Part shown: positions 14,063 to 26,240 of the stretch, one piece after another
Numbering within the stretch: the first letter of the stretch is position 1
Layout: each line of letters starts with the position of its first letter
Source: Octopus sinensis
Taxonomy: Eukaryota
Reading direction: 5' to 3'
Assembly (NCBI RefSeq): GCF_006345805.1
Contig: NC_043011.1
Location: 39,196,464 to 39,260,463 of the forward strand
Length of the DNA: 64,000 nt
Made by a program: the position numbers and the translations under genes
Notes under the pieces: generated by a model
What the model was told of the DNA's origin: nothing
Database searches by the model: none
Seen by the model: only the letters and a program-made list of their open reading frames with translations

Positions 14063-14117
14063 CATTGATTAGAGGACAAACATTGACTCGAATTTCATGT
14101 TTGTACTCTAATCAATG
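14063..14117. other. Near-perfect 21-bp hairpin (pre-miRNA size)
   Basis: cattgattagaggacaaacat / atgtttgtactctaatcaatg: 20 of 21 pairs with a 13-nt loop. Confidence 0.55.
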
Positions 14118-14464
14118 TCTTCATATATGTATATATATGTGTGTGTGTGTGTGTGTTTAATTTACAAGGAAAGATCCAGAGGAACAGTTACCAGGGTAGC
14201 CAAATGTCACACAAGCGCCTAAGAAATTAGTAACCACACTTGCATGGCTAATAATTCCGAGGAGAAGTGAGACGTGTTTTGGAGAAAACAAGAGTAATGG
14301 AAAATGGCGACAAATGCACAAGATCTTATTTAGATCATTTATATCACCAACATACGTTTCGATCGATACATAAAAATAGATCCAAGGGGCAAAAACACAC
14401 TTTCAGCTATTTTATATATCTTCCCCCTTACCTAATAATATCTGTAACTTTCACTTTATTCTTT

Positions 14465-14775
14465 GTGGAGGCACATGGCCTAGTGGTTAGAGCAGCGAAC
14501 TCGCAGTCGGGGGATCACAGGTTCGAATCTCAGACCGGACGATGTGTGTTTTTACGAGCGAAAACACCTAAGCTCCATGCGGCTCCAGCAGAAGGTAATG
14601 GCGAAACTTCTGCTGACTCTTTCGCCACAACTTTCTCTCACTCTTTCCTCCTGCATCTTGCAGCCCACCTGCGATGGACCGGCGTCCCATCCAGGTGGGG
14701 AACCTATATGCCAAGAAACCAGGAAACCGGCCCTCTCGAGCCAGGCATGACTCGAGAAGGAACAAACAACAACAA
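14465..14775 (+). mobile_element. Full-length tRNA-derived SINE (family D) with 12-bp target-site duplication
   Basis: A box tggcctagtgg, B box ggttcgaatct, (AAC)n tail, and TSD actttattcttt at 14453-14464 and 14776-14787. Confidence 0.92.
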
Positions 14776-15036
14776 ACTTTATTCTTTTCATCCCATACAT
14801 CCCATTCTTTCCTTTATCATTTCTATCCATTTGCCATTCACTTTCTATTTGTTTATACCTCCATTACTCCTTTAATTCTCTTTCTCTCTTACTTCTCTTT
14901 TTCTTTCCTCCTATGACATCAAATTTCCTAACGGTATTTCAAAATTACTTGCTTTCCCTATCCACATTTGTTTTTCATATATTATATATCGTAGTTTCTT
15001 ACACCTGTAAAAATGGCTTATTAATGAGCACTGCTG

Positions 15037-15136
15037 TTTATAATCTCCCTGATGAGATTTATACATTATTCCACATTATTTATCCTCTCGGGGTTTATTT
15101 TAATGCATCAATTGAAACATATGTCGGTGATATAAA
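15037..15136 (+). ncRNA. Type I hammerhead ribozyme motif within a dispersed repeat
   Basis: CTGATGA 15049-15055; stem II 15056-15068/15101-15113 (11 of 13 pairs); GAAA 15114-15117; palindromic stem III acatatgt; GUC triplet ending 15125; stem I tttataatctcc/ggtgatataaa. Confidence 0.75.
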
Positions 15137-15250
15137 TGATTTAAATAACATCTTGTGTGTTTGTCTCCATTTTCCATTACTCTTATACGCACACACACAC
15201 ATACACACACACTTCAAAAGAAAATTAAGAAAATGGAGATATAGCATTAA

Positions 15251-15471
15251 CCCTTTCATTACTGTATTTATTTTGAGATGCTCTGTGTTTCTTTCAATTA
15301 CTTTAAATATAACAAAGAATTTAGAAAAATAACTTAGTTATCATTAAGCTAGTGTTAGAAACATAAATTGTGACCAAAGTTTGGTGGAAGATTTTAATTC
15401 AAAACTTATGAAAACAAGACATTTGTACTACAGAGCCAGAGCCGGTTTCAGCCGGGTTGGTAATGAAAGGG
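15251..15471. mobile_element. piggyBac-type MITE (family 1)
   Basis: TTAA on both sides (15247-15250, 15472-15475) and a perfect 12-bp TIR ccctttcattac/gtaatgaaaggg. Diverged relatives lie near 17560-17710, 40995-41180 and 57880-58020 plus 58610-58800. Confidence 0.92.
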
Positions 15472-16489
15472 TTAATATAATTTATTATCTGCAAAAATCC
15501 AACATATTCTCTTACAGCTGTTTTAATTAAGCCTAAAAGATTAAATAACAATAATTAAATCATTATATTAGGCAAAATCTCATCAGTGGGGTAGAAAAAA
15601 TATACCGTTAGGTTATTAGGTGTTGTGTTTTCAAATCATCTCAGCAGACTATATTATTTTGTGGTTAATATTGGTATAAACCTGAGCCAGGGGGTCATAG
15701 GTTATTTTAGTGGGTAATAGATAATGGGAATATAATTAGGGTAGTAATTGGTAAATAAATACAGGTTAGATAGTGAGTTACAGTAAATAATAATATCATG
15801 AATGAGGGGAAAAAATAAATGAATACTTTTGTAATTTGTTTATGGAATTGTGGGAAATTGTTATGAAAATATAGTTAAAACATTATTGAACTATTCACGG
15901 TCCTGTCTGTGTTTTAATTATAGTGTCATGCGGAAACACTGTTTATAATGCAGCTGGTCTTGTTCTCAAGTGCAGGGAATATATTAGAATTGTTATCTTT
16001 TGAATGCATTACATTGAGTATTGACTTGTGACCAAAATTTTGGTTAATGTCTTTGGTGTGAAAACTGTCGGAAACAAACGAACAGTTTTCTTAAGTAAAT
16101 AAATATTTATGTGATTATTTATATGAACTGAATGGAAAAGTAAATACAAAACGAATGAATAAATATTTGTAAGGTGAATTTAAATAAAATTTTAATGCGT
16201 AGATGGAAAAAAAAAAATAAAGCAAAGACTTTTTTTTTATGAGTTAATTACAAGAAAATATAAACAAGGAAAATGAAAAGAAAATTGAAATACGGGATGG
16301 GTTATTACATAGAGTGTAAAAACTTAACGAATGCTAAATTAAATTAGATCAACCTCATGAGATTAAAATGGACTAAGCAGAACAAGGGTAGACACATGGG
16401 ATAAAGAGTTGCTGCAGAGGTCACAGGATGTGTGGTCACAGAAAGAAAAATATTGATAATAAAACTGAGTTGAAGACCAAATATATAGT

Positions 16490-16915
16490 CATCATCATCA
16501 ACATCATCATTGTTTAATGTCCACCTCCCATGCTGGCATGGGTTGGGTGGTTTGACAAGAGCTAGCCAGGCAGAAGACTGCACCAGATTTTTGTGTCTGT
16601 TTTGGCATGGTTTTTCCAGCTGGATGCCCTCCCTGACACCTATCACCTTGCAGAATGGACTGAGTGCTTTTTACATTACACGAGCACAGGTGACGTCAGT
16701 TTTGGCATAGTTTTTACAACTGGATGCCCTTGCAAACACTGACCACTTTACAGTGTGGACTGGGTGCTTTTTACATGGCACCAGCACTGACAGGGTCACC
16801 AAGTACCTTGCAGGACAAAAGATCCTTTGAGAGGGTATGGGATATTGGTGGGGGCTGATCTTGTGGTAGATGATGAAAGGTTAGAGTGTGACAGTGAGAC
16901 AGAAACCGGTGTCTT
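16490..16915 (-). mobile_element. SINE family C copy with internal partial duplication
   Basis: (CAT)n followed by tttaatgtcc...ccatgctggcatgggttgg...ctggatgccct; the ctggatgccct block occurs twice. Confidence 0.75.
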
Positions 16916-17235
16916 GTGAGTGTTTAATTGGCAAAATATGACCACCCCCTAGTATATCAATTTCTATTCCAACAAATGATCTCACATTAAAAACCTTGCA
17001 AAACCAATATGTAAAAATTAATGTTTTGCAATAAAAACAAAAAAATGGTAATGTGAAGAAGATAAAATTCTGTAAAGGAAAATATATAAGAAACTGAACA
17101 TGGCAGTGCCCCAGCATGGCCACAGCTCGTGAGCTGAAACTAGATGAAATGAGATGAAATGGATGTGGCTGGTTTGAACATGAAGCAGGTAAAACATTGG
17201 GGCTCAATGTGGTTGGTTTAAATGCTAGTGGGTTG

Positions 17236-17420
17236 ACCTTTTAGTATTCAAGCTGACCATATTTGGCCAAAATATTCTACCTGCTTTATGCTCTAATTGG
17301 CCAAATCTGGCCCCTCTCACATACCCTACAATGTCATTGTAAAAGTAAACGAGCATGTCACTGAAATCTTGTGAATAAAGAAATATTACATTTGATCAAA
17401 TAATCTGAATGGTAAAGGGT
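17236..17420. mobile_element. Degraded piggyBac-type MITE (family 2)
   Basis: Similar to 49320-49537 (aatattctacctg...ggcca.atctggcc.ctctcaca..ccctacaat). Confidence 0.6.
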
Positions 17421-18420
17421 GAAAACTTTTGTTTTTATGTTTCTGTTGTAAATAGACTATACACGTCTCAATGAATTTTGGAAATAAGAAAGAATTGAGT
17501 GGAATAAGTTGGGTATTGGTCCCACCTCTGAAATTGCTGGCCTTGTGCCAAAATTTGAAACTGTTGCTATTGTTATTAAGTTGGTTTTTGTGACACAAAT
17601 TAACTTGAAATTGTAATGAAAGATTTTAATTGAGATAGTTTTTAAAATAGAAAGCTTTGTACCAGAGGTCTGGAGGTGGTCTCAGGCGGGTAGCTCTCAA
17701 AAGGTTTGGTCTTATTGTTTACCATATTTCTGCTGGAATGCACTGGCTTTGTTTGAATCGGTTTCGAAAATAAAGAAGAATTTATTCGACTAATTTTGTC
17801 ATTTAACATATAAAAAATATTTCGATGGAACGTTTTGATGTGGATCATAATAAAACAGGAAGATTGTATCATAGAACCTGGGCAGGGTGTGGCGGCGAGA
17901 GAGGATTCTGGTGAAATAAAGACAAAATGGTTTACTATACAAATACAGACAAAAAAAAACAAAAAAAAAAAAACAAATATCTACTCTTTTAGGTATGGCT
18001 CATTGACATTGAAGTGGGGGGGGGGCGGAAAGAAGTATTAAATGATCTGATGATAATGATTGTACATAAACAGTGTTTGTAACTGAAATCTTATTTGCTC
18101 TATTTTTGGCTGGGGTACTTAATGAAGTTCTGCTCTATGTGTTTATGTGTGGGCTGTGGTCTGTGTTCAATTTCAACTATTGTGTCATTTTGTCCTGCTA
18201 ATTTGTTAACGTTTGTCCACTACCCCCTTGAAACAAGTGCTTGTTAACCTCACTCCATCTCACTGCTGAGGTTTGTGTATGTGTGTGTGTGTGTGTGTGT
18301 ATGTATACACACACATGTGTATGTGCATGCACACATACAAACGCTTCTTTTACTCAAATTTTCACTCTTTTCCATATATATAATAATATTAATAATAATA
18401 ATATATAATGTATGTGTGTG

Positions 18421-18452
<32 letters not shown>

Positions 18453-18581
18453 TGAGTACAGGACATCATTAAAAGTGCAAATAACATGAAATACATAAAT
18501 GAGAAAAAAAATGGAAAATAGGACAAGTAAACACAGAGAAAGGACCCTTCATATATATGTATGTATGACGTATGTATATAT

Positions 18582-18641
<60 letters not shown>

Positions 18642-18652
18642 ATGTATATATA

Positions 18653-19012
18653 TCTCTCTATATATAAACGGCAGTTTGTCTGTGTGTCTGTTTGCTTGTA
18701 CCCTCACCCTGACCACGGCTTTCAACCGATTCTGATGAAACTTGACACACACATAGTCCAATGTCATAATTCAAAACTAACGCAGCGAAAATTTTGAAAA
18801 GTTCCCCCAGTTCTGAAAAAAATCGATAAATTCGACATGGGGTCGAGAATCAGAAACACAAACCACAGACTGTCTAGGGGACGCACATCGACCTTTTTAA
18901 CTAAAAAAAAAATTTACCATCATTTTTTCCCAATTTTTTGGCTATAACTATCTAAAAATGCTTTATAGTTATTTCCCTTACAAACCCGAGCAACGCCGGG
19001 CGATACTGCTAG
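18653..19012 (+). mobile_element. Non-autonomous Helitron
   Basis: a|TC...tatatataaa start and a 3' end of cccgagcaacgccggg hairpin plus CTAG|t; inserted in (TA)n. Confidence 0.88.
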
Positions 19013-19364
19013 TATATATATATATATATATGTGTTTGTGTGTATATATATGTATGTATATATACACACACATACACATACGCTATAAAGGATGTGTATA
19101 TACATACATACACCATATATATATATGTGTATAACAAAAGAGGCAATGAAGGAAACAGCCTCCAGTCCTGTAGGTCAGTTTCCTTTCTGTTACTTAAACA
19201 TTTGTTCCCTCTTTGAGACGCACGGCCTTATTTCGTTTATAGATTCACATCTGTGTTGAGCGTATTTCCGTCACTGTCCTCACTGTCTGCAGCACTTGCT
19301 CATCAGTATTCCCAACAGCTTCTCACTGTTGACATCGCCAAAAAATGAACAATATCATGGTTAA

Positions 19365-19585
19365 CCCTTTAGTGTTTGCATTATTCTGCCAAAATTAATG
19401 CTTTTTCATCTACATTGATTTGAGCTAATCATGCATTATCTTGTAGCTATGAGATTTTAATGAGGTAGCTGTTAATTTTTAAAACGATATTGTAGGGTTG
19501 GTGTGAGAGACCAGATCTGGCCAGTTTGAACATAAAACAGGCAGAATACTTTTGGCCGGATATGGCCAGTTTAAATGCTAAAGGG
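19365..19585. mobile_element. piggyBac-type MITE (family 2)
   Basis: TTAA TSDs at 19361-19364 and 19586-19589; TIR ccctttag.../...ctaaaggg. Confidence 0.9.
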
Positions 19586-19802
19586 TTAAAGGCACGAAAC
19601 ACTAAGTATTTTTTGCTACGATAACTGACGAGGAAAGAGCAGTGTCCATGTCTTCCGTGTTGAATTTTCTATTTATACCGTTGTTGTGTTCCTGTTTCAT
19701 TCTTGGAACCACACACACAATATTATCGCAAATAAGAATGGAGACTTATATATTCCCAAAATGTTTGTTTATTACAGTATTATGTAGAATATGTTCATGT
19801 AA

Positions 19803-20332
19803 GGTGCAGGAGTGGCTGTGTGGTAAGTAGCTTGCTTACCAACCACGTGGTTCCGGGTTCAGTCCCACTGTTTGGTACCTTGGGCAAGTGTCTTCTACTA
19901 TAGCCTCAGGCCAACCAAAGCCTTGTGATTGGATTTGGTAGATGGAAACTGAAAGAAGCCTGTCGTATATATGTATATATTTATTGGTGTTAGGAAGGGC
20001 ATCCAGCCCTAGAAACATTGCCAGATCAGACTGGGCCTGGTGCAGCCTTCTGGCTTCCCAGACCCCAGTTGAACCGTTCAACCCATGCTAGCATGGAAAG
20101 CAGACACTAAACGATGATGATGATGATGATGATATATATGTGTGTCTGTGTTTGTCCCCCCAACATTGCTTGACAACCGATGCTGGTGTGTTTAAGTCCC
20201 TGTGACTTAGCAGAGACCGATAGAATAAGTACTAGGCTTACAAAGAATAAGTCCTGGTGTCTATTTGCTCAACTAAAGGCAGTGCTCCAGCATGGCCACA
20301 GTCAAATGGCTGAAACAAGTAAAAGAGTAAAA
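19803..20332 (+). mobile_element. SINE family A, full length, with a family C 3' fragment (19984-20132) nested in its internal microsatellite
   Basis: 5' module 19803-19968 and 3' module 20138-20332 both match 50526-50935. Confidence 0.88.
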
Positions 20333-20954
20333 TAGTTCTCCATTATTGTTTTTAACGTCTTGAATACACACTCTGTTTACTCCTTTTACTTGTTTGAGTT
20401 ATTTGACTGTGGTCATGCTGGAGCAATGCCTTTAGTCAAATAAATCGACCTCAGGACTTATTCTGATGAAATCCCGTGTAATTATTTATCTGAAGCAATT
20501 TCCCGTTTTACCTTATCATTTGTCGCAGTTAGCCAGAACCTGGATTATACTAGGGTACTTGTAAGGTACTTGCATGGGCTCAAAAATCCCTATTCTTTTA
20601 CAGCATATGTACATACATGCATCCAAATGCATAGTTTTCAATGTAGTACAAATCTGTCATTGATCAGGTTGCAGTTTTGTGCACTAGACAGGATGAACTA
20701 GACAAAGCAGGAGGCGACATCGATTGATGTAAGAGTTGCTGGGGCGGTAACAGGTGTGTGACAAGATTTCGTGACAATGGTCAATGTGTGAAAAATGAAT
20801 GTATAGTGTGTGTGTCTATTTGGTAAGAAATAATACAAGAAATGACCATCCCAAAATATAACACAGTTTTGACTCCATTATACAAATAAATGTTTAAATG
20901 AAGTTAATGGTCTTTGTGTGTTTCCGGATGTGTCTTTCACACTGCAGTCATTTG

Positions 20955-20998
<44 letters not shown>

Positions 20999-21026
20999 GT
21001 GTGTGTGTGTGTATGTATATATATGT

Positions 21027-21538
21027 ATCAGCAGCTGTTTCCTCCCACGTGTCCACACAGATGTTGGCAGTCCTCAGGTCGCGCTTGCACACGTCCCTGT
21101 ATCGTAGCTGTGGACGTCCCTTGGGTCGGGATCCCGTAGTGAGTTCGCTGTACAGGATGTCTTTAGGCATGCGACCGTCCTGCATGCGGCAGACGTGTCC
21201 GAGCAAGCGCAGTCGTCTCCACACGAGGAGGGCATACATGCTTGGCATATTAGTCTGTTCCAGGATGGCTCCGTTTGCCTGGCGTCGGACGGTGAGGAAA
21301 GGCGTTTCCATGGCTGAGGAGAGGAGAGCACAGCTGTGGTTGGACAGGCGGGACAGGAGGAGGACAACTGCAGCAACACCCCACACGTACCCATCGATGT
21401 TCGTGTGCAGCAAATGTACCAAGGACTGCCACTCTAGAATTGGACTGTTCAGTCACAGCAGACGCTGCACATCATCAAAGTAGGCCCCACCCTTGGCGCA
21501 ACCCATTGTCTATCAAGACAGACGGGGAAAGAAGAAGA
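21027..21538 (+). mobile_element. RTE-clade LINE 3' fragment with an inverted 5' segment
   Basis: Minus strand 21027-~21268 encodes ILEQTNMPS...RRLRLLGHVCRMQDGRMPKDILYSELTTGSRPKGRPQLRYRDVCKRDL...WEETAAD. Plus strand ~21272-21483 continues AWRRTVRKG...FVCSKCTKDCHSRIGLFSHSRRC*, followed by a 3' UTR and (GAA)n tail. Confidence 0.92.
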
Positions 21539-21539
21539 T

Positions 21540-21672
21540 ATATGTATATATCAAATATATATATATATATATATGTATATATCAAATATATATATGTATA
21601 TATCAAATATATATATATATATATCAAATATATATGTATATATGTATATATCAAATATATATATATATATGC
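21540..21672. repeat. AT-rich minisatellite (tatcaaa + (TA)n units)
   Basis: tatcaaatat occurs five times. Confidence 0.85.
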
Positions 21673-23229
21673 CAAATGATTTTGTGTGTGTATACACACA
21701 CACAAAATGTAAATGTGTTATGACGGGTGTATGTTTTTTAACAATGAGAAATAAGGGTGGGTGTATTATATAACATATAATGTAAATTCTCGATCTTTTG
21801 AACATTATTCTACTTCCCTAAAGTGTAGAACAATAACTAGGTGACAGCTTGGACCAATTCCAAATGAAAGGTGGGCAGATAATCTCAAGAATCAATAATT
21901 TTTCAAACTTGACATGTCTTTAAAAGAAAAAGACATTGTGATTGTGTGTGTGTGTATGTATGTATGTATGTATTTATATATATATATATATATATATTAT
22001 ATATGTATATATGTGCGTGTATGATAGGTTTACCTAGTTTTTGCTTACTAAATTCACTTAAAAAGCATCGTTTGGACTGGGGCTGCTAAAATAGAACACA
22101 CTTGCCCAGAGTGCCATTCAGTAGGGTTGAACTTGAAACTATGTGGTAACAAAATAAGCTTTGTAACCACACAGCCATTGTGTGTGTTCTTTTATTCTTC
22201 TGTATGTTTCAGCTTTGAGGCTGCGGCCGTGCTGGGGCACCACCAGTGTAATCACCTTTTAATTGGCCAATTCTATGGGATGGTGAAGGAGGGAGTTCGA
22301 TACTATAGCCCTCTTTTGAGTTTCGTGCCTTGATATCGGTTCATCTGGGATCTTCGATAGAAAGAAGTAGAGTTGTTTCTTGAAAACAACTACTCCCACT
22401 CCACTGAGGTCCCTCAGATGTTTGGCAAGGTGTTAAATAGCTGTGGGCCCTTGAACCCCAAGCTATTGCAGTACCTGGTCCTTGCCTTTGATGAGGCACA
22501 CACACACACACACATGTACACATAGGTGAGCACATAAGCGCAAAATAAGGTGGAATAGTACTTGAATGCCATATATGTGTATATATATCTGACCCTTCAT
22601 CCATCTCTTCTTTTTCTAATTTGTTCCCTGTCTTATTTCACTCTCTTTTTATTCCTGCAAAATTGCCTTTAAGGCATTCAAAATGGTTTATTCTGATCAC
22701 AATGACAACAGCAACAACAATAACAAGAACCAACATGCAATAAGCACTCCAAACCACCGTCTGGGGCCATTCCATTTAGTTTCATAATCATGCACAGCTG
22801 ACAATATAAAAGTATTACCTCACAGCCATTTCATTGGTGCAATGTCTTTCCATTCACCTAACCACCCATCTATCCATCCAAACCTACCTGGTTCTTTTAT
22901 GGCTTAACTTTAAACTGTCAACTGGCTTAATTGGTATTTTAGCACCCACTTTATCCACCCCACCCCTCCATCCCTTTCCACCATCTCTCATTCCAACTCA
23001 CTCAACATGGATGGAGAAAGTGTGAGCAGTCGTTCTGTTTTGAATGCCTTATCTACCTACCTACCGTATTTTCTTACCTGTCTATCTATCCTAGCTTTGA
23101 ATTTTTCTATATCTATCTGATTATCAACCTATCCTTACCTACCTATCTGTCTGTCCATCTATCCATCCATGCATCCATCTCTATCTTTGTTTACCTATCT
23201 CTGTCTATGTATCTATCTATCTATTTATC

Positions 23230-23270
<41 letters not shown>

Positions 23271-23410
23271 ATTTATTTATTGTGCTGTCACATGCCTCTA
23301 CCTGGCCAGGTTATCTTGATTGCATTTTGTGTTTTCCATGTACCCAGCCACTCATCATCATCACCATAACACCGCTGCTTCTTTGATTGATTACTCTTCT
23401 TAACGTATCT

Positions 23411-23454
<44 letters not shown>

Positions 23455-24034
23455 ATCCTCCACCTCTCACTCTCCTTACCCTCCACCCTTCTCTCTCTCC
23501 CTCCCTCCCTCCTTGCCTCTACTTTCAGTTTCTGTTTTATGCCTGTTTGTCTCAGTCTCTCATCTTTATCCCTTTGTGAACCAACACTGCAGCTATGACT
23601 GACCTCTACAGCTACTACTACTACTACTACTACAACTACTCCCACTATTGCTACTGCTACTACTGTTAATCCATCACAGCTACTGTGACCACTACCATCT
23701 CCATCACCACTACCTCCACCTATTAAAGCACCACCACCACCATCATCGTCATCATCATCATCATCATGCTCATCATTAACACCAAACTAAGTTATTTGGA
23801 AGGAGTTAGTGTCCACCCTACATGCTGGCTCACCCTGTCAGTCTTTCTGCTTTCTTTACCTACCATTATCTACCATCATCGTTCAAACAGTTTGCTGTTT
23901 CCACCATCATAACAACCATTACCAACCAATACTTCTATTGTAGAAGAATAAACAGTTTATTGCACTTCAAATTTTAGCAGTAAAATCTTATATGGACCCC
24001 TAAAGGCCATATAAACCCTGGTTAGGGAGGGACT

Positions 24035-24235
24035 ACTGCTCTGTGGTTACTTGATCCATTAAAAATAGCAGCTAGGTCTCCCTTAAATTACACCTTAATG
24101 TCTTAGAAAGGGGAACATTGGATAATGTGGTTCTGGGTGTCTTGCGTGTAGGAAAAAAGATGGCATGGTCAAGGTTGGAGAATCTTTGATCCTAGTTGTT
24201 CTTGATTAGGGCTGACCTGGGGGTTACACAACGGC
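24035..24235 (+). mobile_element. Dispersed repeat family E (tgctagaaatagcagccaaatct... type), degraded
   Basis: Similar blocks near 4185-4210, 35945-36060 and 45975-46135, and on the minus strand near 13430-13535. Confidence 0.55.
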
Positions 24236-25214
24236 AGCGACCACAACTGCAACAACTCTTGATGCCGTGATCCTTGTCTGTGTGTCACCTCCAGCACGCC
24301 GCCACCATTAACATCACCACCACTGTCTTACAGGCGTCAACACCCCCCACCCCACGTCATCATCACCGTCTCCACCATAAAAGAAGCACTGTAAGCTTGA
24401 ATATTCCATTAAGCTAAATGGAGAGGTACAGCATTGAGGTCAGACAGGCAGGCAGACAGACATCAGGCAGATACTTCTGAGTTGTAAAATTGATGGGTTT
24501 TTTTTGTTTTTTAAATCTCTGAGCGCTTCCCTTGCCAAATAAGAACAACAACAATAACAATCATAACAACAACAACAATAACAACACAGCAGTTTCCAAA
24601 CTGATTTCAATTGCCACAGCCTTCAAGCAACTTAACGAAAGATAATTAGGTGATCAATACATGGTAAATGGTAGCAATTACCAGCGTATTTAACCACCTT
24701 CCCTATGATAAGACACTGGTGACGCGACTGAGAGACAGCGTAGGAAGTTGCTCTTTTCCAGTCATATCGAACAAAGAGCAATTTTCTAGGAGCGGAGGTG
24801 GGTGGCAATGTTTAACTAGACAATATATATATATACATATATATACATATATCTGTATGAACATTGTTGGCAATCATTGTCTCCCTTCTGTGTCCCAAAC
24901 TAGGACATCTTCATTTTAGTTTTCATTGTCTTGGGAAATCTCTTTAAAAGTCTCTGTGTTCTGCTGTCTTCTGTTTTGTACTATTTGTTTAACCTTTACC
25001 ACACTGTAGGTGCATCATGTCACCGTATGAGTTTTCTCCCTTGTTATAACAGAGCAGTGGCAAGGGAAACAGTTCTAGAGAAAATGCAGGGTGCTGAGGT
25101 TTAAGTAGTAGTGGTTTCTTTCTCTCTCTCTCTCTCTCTCTTTTTTTTTTCTTGAAGTCTGATAGTTATTCTATCAGCTTTCTGTTTCTTTTTTTGTTTT
25201 TTGTTTTCTTTTTA

Positions 25215-25615
25215 AAGTCTAGTGCTTATTCCATCGGTCTTTTTTTTTTTATCTTTTGCCAAACTGCTAGGTTACAGGGTTGTGGCAAAAACAAATCAGC
25301 ACTAATGCTAAGTGTGGAAAGGGACAGACAACTACAAAAACAGACACGCACAAGCCCGCCTGCATGCACACACATACATACATATGACCGCACACACATA
25401 CACACATATGACCGCACACACATACACACATATGACCGCACACACATACATATTGGGATTCCACACAGTTTCTGTCTACCAAATCCACTACCAAGGCATT
25501 GGTTGGCCCAAGGCTATGGTACAAGACGCTTGTCTGCGGTGCCACGCAGTGAGACTGAACCTGGAACCATTTGGTTGGGAATCAAGCTTCTTACCACACA
25601 GCCACCACTGCACCT
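25215..25615 (-). mobile_element. SINE family A, degraded, with a 24-bp x3 tandem in its internal microsatellite
   Basis: Both modules recognisable; cacacatatgaccgcacacacata repeated at 25375-25450. Confidence 0.75.
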
Positions 25616-25929
25616 ATTTAACAAATTTCTTCCCTTTGTATATCTGGGTCTATATTACATTCTATATGGTTTCTGGAAGATAGCAGGATGTAATTTGGTT
25701 GCTACTTCAGGCTGGTGAGCCAACTGTCTGCTTTGAGTAGTAGACCCCAAACTTTACATTACTGAGGATCAGTTAAGAAGTTTGGTTCCCAGCCCCTACA
25801 GTTTTTGGTTCAATCCCACAGTGCTGCACTTTGGGTGAGTGTCTTCTGTTACTGACCTCTACTGTCCAAATCCTTGTGGATGGATTTGGCTGATGGAAAC
25901 TGAAGGAAGCTTCTTTGTTTGTGAGTGTA

Positions 25930-26240
25930 TATGTGGCTTAGTGGCTAGGGCATTCGGCCCATGGTCATATGGTTCTGAGTTCAGTTCCTAGCAGCATCTT
26001 GTCCTTGAGCAAGACACTTTATTTCATTTCACATTGCTCCAGTCCACTTAGCTGGCAAAAATGATTTGTACTTGTAGTTCAAAGGGCCAGCCTTGTCACA
26101 CTCCTTACCAATCATGTCACATTGTGCCATGCTGAATCTCCATGAGCACTACATTAAGGGTACATATGTTTGTGGAGGGCTCAGTCATTTTCATGTTCAT
26201 TTCACATACAATGTGTTCCTTTGATTGGATCAACTGAAGG
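25930..26240 (+). mobile_element. tRNA-derived SINE family F
   Basis: gtggcttagtgg head, then ccttgagcaagacact...gctccagtccact; homologous to 62987-63298. Confidence 0.75.

Noticed and set aside
14465-14540. Possible tRNA gene
   Set aside because: A and B boxes are present but there is no complete cloverleaf; it is the head of a TSD-flanked SINE.
18730-18745. ctgatgaaac (and similar at 20463, 36576, 59633)
   Set aside because: No flanking stems or correctly placed GAAA/NUH; parts of Helitron or SINE bodies.
19245-19315. Minus-strand CTGATGA...GAAA as a hammerhead
   Set aside because: No stem I partner and no closing pair for stem II.
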